A DNA stretch of 64,000 bases from Azolla caroliniana (Eukaryota > Plantae > Polypodiophyta): contig JBHGNT010000008.1 of the NCBI GenBank assembly GCA_043228905.1, positions 12,152,001 through 12,216,000 of the forward strand, given 5' to 3'. Shown here piece by piece: positions 51,552 to 62,765 of this stretch; position 1 is the stretch's first letter; each line of letters opens with the position of its first letter. The translations under genes were made by a program, and so were the position numbers. The notes under the pieces are model-generated. The model was not told the origin of the DNA. It was given only the letters and a program-made list of their open reading frames with translations, and searched no databases.

Positions 51552-54500
51552 GATTCCTTTTTTCATTCATTCCCCATAAGGGGGTTAAATAGTACAAGAG
51601 GGGGTAGATACAAAGGGGTGTAAGCCCACTAGAGCATTCATATTGGACACTCACTCACACCTCATCGTATCCCTCCACATGCACACACGTGTGCATGTGT
51701 TCACATACATATCAACTCACAATTACATTTATGTTCCCTACACATATACAACATCATCATGGTAATATTCGACCCTCGCTCATCACACTTGACTCTCCGT
51801 ACAGCTCGTACGGGGTAACACAATATGGCACGCCCGTGGGAAAGTGCCTTGCACGTCGATCCCACATGCCTTGATGATGATATCTCTTCGACCGGAACTT
51901 CCATCGGTCCTTTCAACGATCGATTCCCACGATCGGAGCGCTTGACTCGATCATCTCCATCGGTCAGCGACTTTTCTGCGACACGAACATTCTCATTCTG
52001 TCGTCTTGCGAACTTTGGTATCCTCTTTCGGGTCCTTAAAAATGTTGTGTGTATGTATGTTATTCTTTGTTGATTTTGTGAGTTGTCGTGGTCGATCACG
52101 TCCATTTCTTTAGGTGGATAAGATTTCAAAATTTCATAGGTGCCCTTTGATTTTTAAAATTTTCTTATATACCCTCAGGTTTTTACAATTATGTTTGATA
52201 CCCTCATGTATCTAGAATTCCAATAGTGCCCTTAGGTTTGTTTTTCGAAATTTCTAGGATGTCCTCAGTTTCCAAAATCCGAGGATGCTCCGTATGGTTA
52301 TCTTTTTCCCTCCCTCTTTTCTGTTTCATCTTCCTCTTTCTTGGTGTTAACCGTTGCTTCTTCTCCTCTTCCTGTCTTTCGTTTCCTCCTCTCTCTTTCT
52401 TCTTCTATCTTTGTTTCTTCCACTTCTTCCTTGTTCTGTTTGGCGTTTTGGGGTAGGGAGGAAACGCAACCTTCACTCTCCCTTTGCTTGCATGTCATCT
52501 CCCTCTACTGCTGTCGTCGTCGTTTCCGTTGGCCGGTTCTGGTTGTCCGTCTCTGTCCGGTCCTTCTGCCTGCTGCCGCTTCATCCGGCCGCTCCGGTGC
52601 TGATGTCCGGCTAGTCCGTTCTTCCCGGCTGTTTTTGGTCATTTGTCCGGCCGTCTTCGCTCTGGTCGACGATCTGTCGCCGTCCATCATTCCGGTCGTT
52701 TCCATCATTCGCTCTGGCCGTCATTTGTTTCTGTTGCCTGTCCATTTCAATCATTTTTTGTCCCCAGCTTCGTTGTCGTCTCCATCTTTATCTCTTTGCC
52801 TTGTCCGGTAGTCATCATCATCGTTCGTCTTTCGTTGTCGTCCATCACTGTCGACCGTCACCATTGCCATCTCTATTTGACCCGTCCGGGCACCGCCACT
52901 TCATCTGGCCGCCTATGCGTTGTCAGGCCTCTATTTCGTCGTTTCGACGTCGTTTCTCGTCTCGTTCATTCAGGCCGGCTGTCTGGCAGCCGCTTCCCGT
53001 TGTCATTGTCTATCATTGTCCTTCTGTCGTGGTCATCTTGTGTCTCGTCCGTTGTTCGACCCCTGGTTTGGCCTCGGCTTTCCGAAGTGTGCGGCCCTTT
53101 CCCTCTCTGTCTTGGCCACTGTCCGACCTCGTGCTTTTGTCTGGCCTGTCTGGTCCGCCTGCCTCGATTCCGATACCATTCGGCCACTTTGGCTGCTTTT
53201 GTGCCTTTCGGCCGCTCGTCGGAATGTCTATCCATTGTCTTCCGGTCTGTTTCGGTGTAATTGTTCTAGCCATCGAGTTGTCTTAGTGCGGCCTGTTCCG
53301 GTCCATTCCGGCCGGTTTTCCGGTAGTCGGTTCGGCTACTGTCCGGCTGCTCTGTGTCTTTGCGCATTCCGGAAATCGATCCAACCGCTATCCGGCGGAT
53401 GCCGCTCTGCCGTTGCCACTGTACAACCGCCGCTCCATCCGGTTACTATCTTTGTCCGACCGGGCTGCTGTTGGTCGGCCACCACTCTAGCTCCATCAGG
53501 TCACTGTCTCTGTCGCTCTTTGGTGTCCATATCCCATCGTTTGGCTATTGCCATTGTCGTGGCTGTGCATTTCGGATATCGTCTCTGTCGCTCCTCGGTT
53601 CTATCCGGCCGTCGTCCCACTGTCTTCCAATCGTGTGTCTGGTCTGTCTGTCTGTGTGGTCGCCTGTTCGGCCCATTTGACCCATCCTACTGTGTCTTGT
53701 GTCTTTTTGGTCACTTTTGTCTAATGCATCCGTCTGTATCTTTCCAGCGCTATTGGTTGATGTCTGGTTTGCATCTGCATCTCCTCCGTCTTCTTCGGCC
53801 CTTCGGTGTTAACCGACTTGGGTTCTGGTTCCGATTCCGGTTCCGACTGTCTGCGCGTTTCTTCTTCTGGAACCATTGCCCGTGCATTCTCAGCACATCC
53901 TGCCGGTATCCGCTCCACACACTGCGACTTTCTCCGCAGTCTCCTGGTGGGCTTCTCTTTCCGGTCGTGCTGGCACCGGTTCCCACTGCATCGCAGTTTG
54001 TACAGTTGTGCATCTTGCACCGCGCTTTCAAAAACACGCACATTGTCGCTAACCGCATCGGAAACCCGCACATTGACACTAATTGCACCCTCGCACAACC
54101 ATTGTTGCCATTCATGCATTCCTCCATCGCATCATCATTTCTTGCACTCTTACACAAACATTTCTTGCACTCGTACACAAACGTCATCGTTTCCATTTCT
54201 TCGCTTGCACATACATTGAACATCGTCGCTGTCATTTGCATGTTTCTGTCATTTCTCGCACATCATGCTGCCACGTTCTCTTCTTGGACTTCTTCATCAA
54301 AGGGGGTCCGCCGTTGTGGTCGCCAAAAGGTGTTGTCTGTCTGGCCGGACTAGCCTCAACACAAGTGTCTACCCGACACTTCTCCAAAGGGGTGGTAAGG
54401 ATTGGATGCTAGGTTACACGCATAAGATGATTACAATTAAGCACGGACGGCAAACAATACGAGATACAGATAAATACACGACAATTACTATTGTATTACT

Positions 54501-54710
54501 TCCGTCGAAACACTTTACAAATCATCGGATCCTTTTATAGGCATCCGGCAAGGTTACAATCGGTGCGCTTAGGCAACCGACATCCGAATCGGTTCGGATC
54601 CGGATCGGTACAACTGTACCGAATCCGTCCCTCCGAATAATAATTCTACTATTACTTCCTATTATTCGATCCGCCTTCCCACTTGCCCTTGCTCTTCTGA
54701 CCGGCCAACA
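51289..54710. mobile_element. 3422-bp insertion with TGTTG...CAACA ends, probably a very large solo LTR, in the Gypsy gag
   Basis: Perfect 5-bp TSD AGCCA (51284-51288, 54711-54715). Removal rejoins gag SFNWVA-TDGL. No internal direct repeats or pol motifs seen. Confidence 0.8.
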
Positions 54711-54951
54711 AGCCACCCAGTTGAAGGATGCCACTTGCAGTCCTTCCCAAATCCCGCACCGTATCATTTCCGCCTTGTAGTCCTGAAGATAACGTGATAC
54801 GTCCTTTCCGTTGAATTGCCTGATCCGTTGCACAAGCCACTCTATTGTTGCCGCTATCTCCGACATCACACGTTGTTCGTGAAGCATCCGCTTGAACATC
54901 ATCATCATGTTGTTAGCCTCCGGTTGATTTTCCATCTCCTTGCCACCCGTG

Positions 54952-54969
54952 TTCACGTCGGGTTCACCA
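54952..54969 (-). promoter_or_regulatory. tRNA-Trp primer-binding site of the host Gypsy
   Basis: Identical 18-mer to 45015-45032, 4 nt inside the LTR. Confidence 0.85.
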
Positions 54970-55637
54970 ATTATGTCGTGCCTTTCGGCTCCGGATCGTT
55001 GCGTGAGTCGGGCGGGAACCACTGAGGTTTTGGACTAGGAGAAAATAAAATTCTAAGGCAATGAAGAATATGAAATATGTTGTAAGAAAGAAAGATATGA
55101 AAAACTCGTGAATCCCATGAGTATAGTGTATTAGTGAGTACTCAGATTACGAGAGAAAAATAGTTAGCAAATTCGTGAATCCCACAATTATATTATATTA
55201 ATCCACCCTTGTAAAATAAACAACAACCACTATACATCTTTCTCTCTCCCTTATATAGTGTTGGAAGAGTCTAAGTTTATCACATGCAAGCATCATGCTT
55301 TTCCTAACTTTAGTTTTCATGCACACTGCATGTGCATGATTAGCTTTCTATCCCATCTTTTTCTTTTTTTAACTCGAGTGTGTATGCATGAATAACTTTT
55401 TGTACCATGCATATCTAGAATATTTACATGGGATAAAGTTTAGTATAACTCTAAAATTCATAAATATGCTAGTATAGTGGTAAGGCTGGGGTTTGTCTAC
55501 GTGGAGGTACAGGGTTTTGAACCCTGCCCTATGCACGTAATAAATATTTCTAATATTTTATTTTATTTATTATACGTACTTTAAATCGGATATAGTATTT
55601 TACATATTTCACATAGTGTGTGATTCACACTATGACA

Positions 55638-58440
55638 ACGTGAGTCTCAATGGAAGTCGTTACTCTATAACCTTCATTGACGACTTCACTCGGCACATGT
55701 GGGTATGCACGATCGCAAAGAAGAGCGAAGTCATCGCATGTTTCCTAAAGGTGAAGAGCCTTGTAGAAAGGGAAATAGGGTGTAAAATTAAATGCCTACG
55801 ATCCGATGGCGGGAAGGAGTACTTCTCCGACCAGTTCACAAGTTATCTACAGAAGGAGGGAATTCGACGTGAATTCTCGTGTAGATACACGCCGCAGTAG
55901 AACGACGTGGCCGAGCGGAAGAATCGGACAATCGAAGAACTGGTCAGGGCAATGCTTGAAGAGAAGCATGTGCCGAAATTCTATTGGGCTGAAGCCGTGA
56001 GGACGGTTGTCTACCTGCAGAATTGGACTCCTGCTAATGGAGTGTCGCCACATGAGTTGTATTTCGGGAAGAAGCCGAACTTGGCACACTTGAGGATTTT
56101 CGGTAGCATTGCATATGTGCATGTGCCAAAGGAAAAGAGGAGGAAGTTGGACGCCAAAGCCGAACAGTGCATCTTAATCGGCTATTCAGACGAGCAGAAT
56201 GGGTATAAATGTTATACCCCTTGAACAAAGTAAGTACACGTAAGTCGAGATGTTGTGTTCAACGAATCCGCTTCGTGGTACATGCCTTCACCTCCAACGC
56301 CTCATGACTCCATTCCGAATTCTGAGGAAGAAGTCAGCAAGGACGAGATGCTTCTACATGATGAGGAAATCGGAGCTCTGAGAGAGAGTCTGATCTCATT
56401 TCGGCTAAGTGGGCCGAATGAAGGGTTGAGCCGAAATGACCAACCTATTGACGAGATGGCGAGTAGTGGAGACTCGAACGTGATGTCCCCGCATAAAGAA
56501 CCGAGGAGACGGTTTATGCGTAAAGAGAAAGGCAAGAAGAATATGCCAAAATACGACTTCGGTAGTGTTGAGTCAGATCGGAGCGAGTCTGACTACGGGC
56601 ATACTGAAAAGGAACCTCCACGGAAGAGGTCGACAATAGCCAAAAAGGTCGTGAAATCGGGTAATCACGAATTACGCCGATCTACCCGCCTCAAGAACCC
56701 CGTAAAGAGATACGGGTATAATGAGTACATGGCGCACCATTACGCGTAAATGATGCGAGTGGCAGAAGTGCGTGAGCCGGAGAGCTACATAGAAGCGGCG
56801 AAAGACGCGAACTGGTGTGCCGCGATGGATGAAGAGATGCGCACTTTGACTGATAATGAGACTTGGGACCCGGTTGACGCACTGAAGGGTGGGTGTATAA
56901 AGTGAAATACAATACCGATGCCCTCAATCAATCAATACAAGGCCCGCTAAGTGGCGAAAGGCTACGCACAGAAGCACGGCGTGGACTACGACAACACCTC
57001 CGCGCCTGTCGCGAAGATGACTACCGTGCAAGGTGATCTTGAGGAAGAGGTCTACGTGGTACAGCCCCCCAGATTTCTATCCGAACAAAACACCTCGGCA
57101 ATTTGCCGATTGAAGAAATCACTCTACGAACTAAAGCAAGCCCCACGAGCCTAGAACGCGAAGATTACGCAAAAGTTGCGTAGGATGGGGTTTACGACGT
57201 TGAAATCGGACTCTTCACTATTTGTTCGGCAAGGCCAATATGGACCAGTAAGTCTTCTACTTTATGTTGATAATTTAGTCATCGCCGGGGCCGACCTGGA
57301 TGAAATCCACCGCATAAAGTCTCAGCTTGCGGCATCATTCGACATGAAGGATCTTGGAGACCTTCATTACTTCCTCGGGATCGAAGTGATCTGTACCACC
57401 GAAGGCATATTGATCAACCAGCATCATTACGTGTTGAATATGCTCTTCAAGTTCGGGATGGCAACTTGTAAGCCCATCTCGACCCCTCTGGACAGAAATG
57501 TAAAGCTTCGCTGAGATTTTGGAAAGATGTGTGACCCAATACAATTTCGAAAAATTATGGGAAGCCTCATCTACTTGACGATTACTCGGCTGGATCTCAG
57601 CTACCAGGTCGGCTTAATCAGTCAATTTATGTCACAGGCTACGGCCGAACACTTTCAGTGTGCACAAAGGATATTGCGATATGTCAGTGGCACGAAAGAC
57701 ATGGAGTTGTTGTATCGGGCAGGCGTAGCCGAACAGTTGGTTGGCTACACGGATGTCGATTGGGCCGGAAACGCCGGTGATCGTAGATCCACATCCGGAT
57801 ACACCTTCTCATTAGGAAACGCGGCGATCGCGTGGAGCAGCAAAAGGTAGCCGATAGTGGCATTGTCGAGAGCGGAGGTCGAATATCGAGGGGCAGTTGT
57901 CGCTACGTGCGAAGTCATTTGGCTGAAACGGCTATTACGGGATCTACATGTAGAGGTGTCTGATCCGACGATTATCTATTGTGACAACCTCAACAATATC
58001 CACCTTAAGAAATACCCTATGTTCCATGCCCGGACCAAGCACATTGAGGTGCACTAACACTTTGTCCACGAGCGGGTCCTTTCAGGTGAAGTCGAACTAG
58101 CATATGTTCCGACGGATCGGCAGGTTGCCGACACCTTTACCAAGCCTCTTGGTCTCGACAAGTTACGCATTTCTCAGGTGAACTAGGGTTGCGTCACCTC
58201 GACACGCCGAACTTGAGGGGGAGAAAGGAAGAACAAGAACAAGAGCATGAAAGGAGCGAAGGTGTTCATCACGGCGGAAGTAACCGTGACGATGAATCGG
58301 ATGAAGAATTCGATTTCGGGCCGGCTGAAAAAGCCGAAGAAAAGAGCAAGGGCGATAACCATAATAAAGAGCCGAGGATAGCCAAATCAGGGGGAGATAC
58401 AGCCAAGAAGGGCGTAAAGGCCAAGACCAAGACATGATTT
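55638..58440 (+). pseudogene. Copia B pol pseudogene (integrase, RT, RNase H)
   Basis: TFIDDFTR; CLRSDGGKEY; AERKNRT; YVDNLV; YTDVDWAG; HARTKHIEVH. Confidence 0.92.
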
Positions 58441-61400
58441 GATGTAGTCAAAGGCCTAAAGACAAGAGACGAATTAGAGACAGCCAATTCGGATGAGAGC
58501 GGAATTGAATCAGAAGTGTTCGATTCAATTGAAATGTTTGATTCGGTTATTATGAATCGAATGAGGGCCAAGCGAAAAAAGGGCAGTGAAGGACGCGCCA
58601 ATACCGTGACAGCAAGGGGGCTGAGAAGGGCCGAACAAGTAGACAAGCCGACCAAAAGGGTCGAAGTGCGCGAAATCGAACGAGTTGAGGAGCGCAAGCG
58701 AGGCGTGAAGCAAGAAGGAACCTGAGCGTAGATCCGGAAGAGCAGACAGAACCTCAAGTTGAGCTTGAGGAGGAGTGTTGAGTGACAAGCTCAACATTGG
58801 GTGCGTAACCTAGTGCATAAACTGGGTGCGTAAAATAGTACGCATAACATGGCCCTATCGGTGAGTAAACCAAAAGGCCGTTAGTATGGTATTCCTCATA
58901 AGGAATAATTTTGGGAGTTAGTGTAGTAGGCTCATTTATGAGCAGCCCGATAGTCACGGCTTGTATAAAAGGTGCTCACTGAGCACGAAGAATGTACTGA
59001 GCATCATTATTTTTTAATAGAATTGAGTTGTCTGCTCTCTCTCTGTCTCTCCATCTCCATCTCCATCTCTGTGGTTTCTTTGTTTACTGAACTGTCTAAT
59101 TTCCAAACTGTGTACTCTGTGTATTCTTTTACAAAACCGAGAAGCCATTAGAGTGTTATTTTTCGTAAGGAATAATTTTGGGAGTAAGTGAAGAATGCTC
59201 TTTTATAAGCGGTCAAGTATTGTAAGTACTTGTGTCAGCCCAATAATCAGGGCTTGTATAAAAGGTGCTCATTGAGCACGAAGTATGTACAAAGAACATC
59301 TAGAGAATATTTTAATATAGTTTTGTATTTTCTGCTCTCTCTCTCTCTCTCTCTCTCTATGTCTCTCTCTCTCTTTCTCTGTGATTTCTGCGTTTTACCG
59401 ACATGTCATACTACCGAACCGTGTACTCTGTGTTCTTACACATACGCTTCCGCACATGTATTCTTTTACACTTTTGGCCACTGAATTTCGGAAACCTGAA
59501 AACAATGTTTTCTGTTTGCATCTCCTGGAGCCACGGAACGTTGACGTGGTTGAACTGCTTGTTCTACAAGTCCATGCCCGATTCGACTTTTATCCCTTTG
59601 GCGAATATAGCGGTGCCAACTTTGTCTGTTTCGAGGATGAACATCATCCCTTCTCGGTGTCTATGCGCGATCATCTTGCCTTCTTCTTCGATGAAGCACC
59701 CAAGATGAGTAAATCAAACTTGCATACCATGGTCAACAATTTGTCCGACAGACACCAAGTTCTTGTTGATAATCGGCACATGCATGTTCTATTCTACAAG
59801 TCCATGCCCGATTCGACTTTTATCCCTTTGGCGAACATAGTGGTGCTAACTTTGTCCGTTTCGAGGATGAACATCATCCATTCTCAGTGCCTATGCGCGA
59901 TCATCTTGCCTTCTTCTTCGATGACGCACCCGAGATGAGTAAATCAAACTTGCACACCCTAGTCAACAATTTGTCCGACAGACACCAGGTTGTTGCTGAT
60001 AATTGGCACATGCATGTTCCGATTCTTCCTTCCAGCCATGCCAATCTGCTACAACGTGTATTTGTAGGAGAATTCGTGTCGAATTCCTTCCTTTTGCGGA
60101 TAGCGAGAGAACTGGTCGAAAAAGTACTCTTTCCCACTAGCGGACCTTAGGCACTTGATCTTTCAACCTATCTCCCAATCAAGAAGGCATTTCACCTTCA
60201 AGAAGTAGGAGAATACTTTGTTTTTCTTCTTGATCAAGCACGCCTAACTGTACCGAGTGTAGTCATCAATGAAGTTTACAAAGTAATGACTTCCACCAAT
60301 ACTCACATTCTACGTCGGTCCCCATACATCCGAATGGATTAAATCAAGCTTGTTTCGGCTCCGATCTCTTCCCTATGGGAACGGAACTCAGTGATGCTTC
60401 CCTAACTAGTAGGCTTTATAGACTTAGCCCTTTCGGCCACTAAATTTCTGCAATCCGAAAATGATGTTTTTCATCTGCATCATCTAAAGTCGCGGGAAGT
60501 TGACGTGGCTGAACCGCTTGTTCCACAAGTCGATGTCGGATTTGAATTTTTTTCCTTTGGCTAACATTGCGGCGCCGACGTCGTTCGTTTTGAGGATAAA
60601 CATACTCCCTTCTCGGCATCCATACTTGATGATCTTGCCTTCTTCTTCGATGAAGCACAGGAGATGACTAAATCGAACTTGCATGCCCTAGTCAACAGTT
60701 TCTCCAACCGACACCAAGTTCTTGGTAATTGTCGGGACATGCAAGTTCCGATTCTTCCTCTCAATTACACCATTATTCTAGGGCATGTATCTACAGGAGT
60801 ATTCGCATCGAATTCCTTCCATTTGCGGATAGCTAGAGAACTGGTTGAAAAGGTACTCTTTCCCGCCATCGAACCTTAGGTACTTGACCTTTCAGCCTGT
60901 CTCCTGTTTGTCAAGGCTTTTCACCTTCAAAAAGTAGGAGAATACTTTGCTTTTCTTCTCGATCAAGCACGCCCAAGTGTGTCGAGTGTAGTCATCAATG
61001 ACAATTACAAAGTAACGACTTCCACCAATACTCACATTCTACATCCGTCCCCATACATCCGAATGGATTAAATCGAGTTTGTTTCGGCACCAATTTCTTT
61101 CATTTGGGAAAGGAAATCACTGATGCTTCCCTAACTAGCACGCTTCGTAGACTTGGCCCTTTCAACCACTAAATATTGGCAACCCGAAAACGATGTTTTT
61201 CGTCTCCACCTCCTAAAGCCGCGGGAAGTTGACGTGGCTGAACCACTTGTTCCATAAGTCGATGTTCGATTCGACTTTTTGCCCTTTGGCTAACATTGCG
61301 GTGCCGACGTTGTTCATTTCGAGGATGAACATCCTCCCTTCTCGGCACACATGCACGATCATCTTGCCTTCTTCTTCAATGAAGCACCCAAGATGAGTAA

Positions 61401-61800
61401 ATCAAACTTACATGCCATAGTCAACAATTTGTATGGCCGACACCAAGTTCTTGGTGATTGTCGGCACATGCAAATTCCGATTTTTCGTCTCAGCCATGCC
61501 ATTCTGCTGCGGTGTGTATCTATTGGATAATTCCCATTGAATTCCTTCCTTTTGCAGAGAGCTAGAAAACTGGTCGAAAAAGTACTCCTTCCCATCATCG
61601 GACCTTAGGCACTTGACCTTTCCACTTGCATGTCATTCAACAAGGCTTTAGCATGCCCAAGTGTGTCGAGTGTAGTCATCAGTGAAGGTTACAAAGTAAC
61701 GACATCCACCGATACTCATGTTCGTTGGTCCCCATACATCCGAATCGATTAAATCGAGCTTGTTTCGGCTCCGATTTCTTTCATTTGCAAACCTATTAGT

Positions 61801-61886
61801 GAGACTTGTGTTTTTGGTAAACAGTCGCCTAGGCCTGGTCACTGCGACCTCCTCTGTGAGAAGGCACCCCTTCTCCCAAAGTTACG
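61801..61886 (-). pseudogene. rrn23: Plastid 23S rRNA fragment
   Basis: Reverse complement reads CGTAACTTTGGGAGAAGGGGTGCC...GTCGCAGTGACCAGGCCTAGGCGACTGTTTACCAAAAACAC, a conserved plastid 23S segment. Confidence 0.85.
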
Positions 61887-62616
61887 CGTGCTAGGTTGTT
61901 GGCCAAGACTAGTTACTAGTCCGCCAATTTCTTATTGTTAGAAAAAAAGAAGCTGATCATCATTTACTAATATCCTGGACTTGTCGTAGTCAGGAACCAG
62001 GTCGCTAGGTAGTTTCTGATGATATGTTTTGTTCCGAATTCATTCGGGATACCACCATTAGCAATATAAGAGGATCCAACAATCAATCAATCAATCGCAT
62101 GCGGGGAACAAGGGCACTTGAGGGATCCTCGGCGGGACCTAGGAGAACATGTAGCGTTGGGTTGGGGTTCAGTGAACCAACTAAGGTCGCTCCTTTAGTT
62201 GAAGTATTGGGCTTCTTTGCACCCTCCTGTTGTCCTTGTTGGGTTACACTCTCTCTCGAGACCCTCCTCCAAGTATATTTCTTTCGCTCTACTTCTTTTA
62301 ATCTTAAATTTATGCCAAGGACTCTTTCCGCTGCCATGGAATGAGACCAGGAGAATCTCTATCCCAGCTAGTGAGATGTCACACATCGGAAATTAAGGCA
62401 TAGCTCATCGCCATCGCTGCCTATATCAATAGTTGGCCAGTCATACCTATCATCCCCGAAATGTCCCTTATATCGTGGGTGGGAGTCGATGTTTAATTTC
62501 TTCTCGGGTGTGGACCAAAGGAAGAAAGTTGAGCAGAGCTTGATCCCCGATTCAATTCATCAGTGATTGACCACAATAGAAAGAAGAGATAGGGGCTTTA
62601 TATTCATCTATTTTTA

Positions 62617-62685
62617 GATGGGCGGGAACACTTAACGATCTATGCAATTGATCGTATGGTAGGTCACAAACTGGGAGAATTTGCA
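62617..62685 (+). pseudogene. rps19: Plastid rps19 fragment
   Basis: [23 protein letters not shown]. Confidence 0.85.
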
Positions 62686-62702
62686 AACTCAATAAAACGG
62701 AA

Positions 62703-62765
62703 ACTAGTACCGTATAATAGTGGCCACAAACTTGATAGTCTAGACCAATTTGAAGAGTCATTAAT
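62703..62765 (-). pseudogene. ndhK: Plastid ndhK fragment
   Basis: [21 protein letters not shown]. Confidence 0.85.

Larger units (their letters stand above)
40840..55637 (-). mobile_element. Ty3/Gypsy element (tRNA-Trp PBS, 4-bp TSD) inserted in the Copia B integrase
   Basis: LTRs 40840-41546 and 54974-55637 (TGTCGTG...ACGACA/ATGACA); TSD ACGT; PPT GGAGGGGGCGAG at 41547-41558; order gag-PR-RT-RH-INT. Confidence 0.95.
38561..59133 (+). mobile_element. Copia element B inserted in the 3' LTR of Copia A
   Basis: LTRs 38561-38980 and 58776-59133; perfect TSD AAACC (38556-38560, 59134-59138); PBS TGGTATCAACGC at 38981. Confidence 0.93.
33008..59470 (+). mobile_element. Copia element A: 5' LTR 33008-34253 (LINE-interrupted); 3' LTR split into 38465-38560 and 59134-59470
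   Basis: TGTTGAG...TTTTACA ends; PBS TGGTATTAGAGC at 34254; PPT TGAGGGGGAG before 38465. Confidence 0.9.

Noticed and set aside
52920-54353. 477-aa ORF as a gene
   Set aside because: No recognisable motif, a non-ATG start, and many overlapping ORFs on both strands; explained by A-poor composition within a probable LTR.
61801-61886. Functional rRNA gene or bacterial contamination
   Set aside because: Only ~86 bp, mutated, and embedded with other plastid scraps in nuclear repeat DNA.
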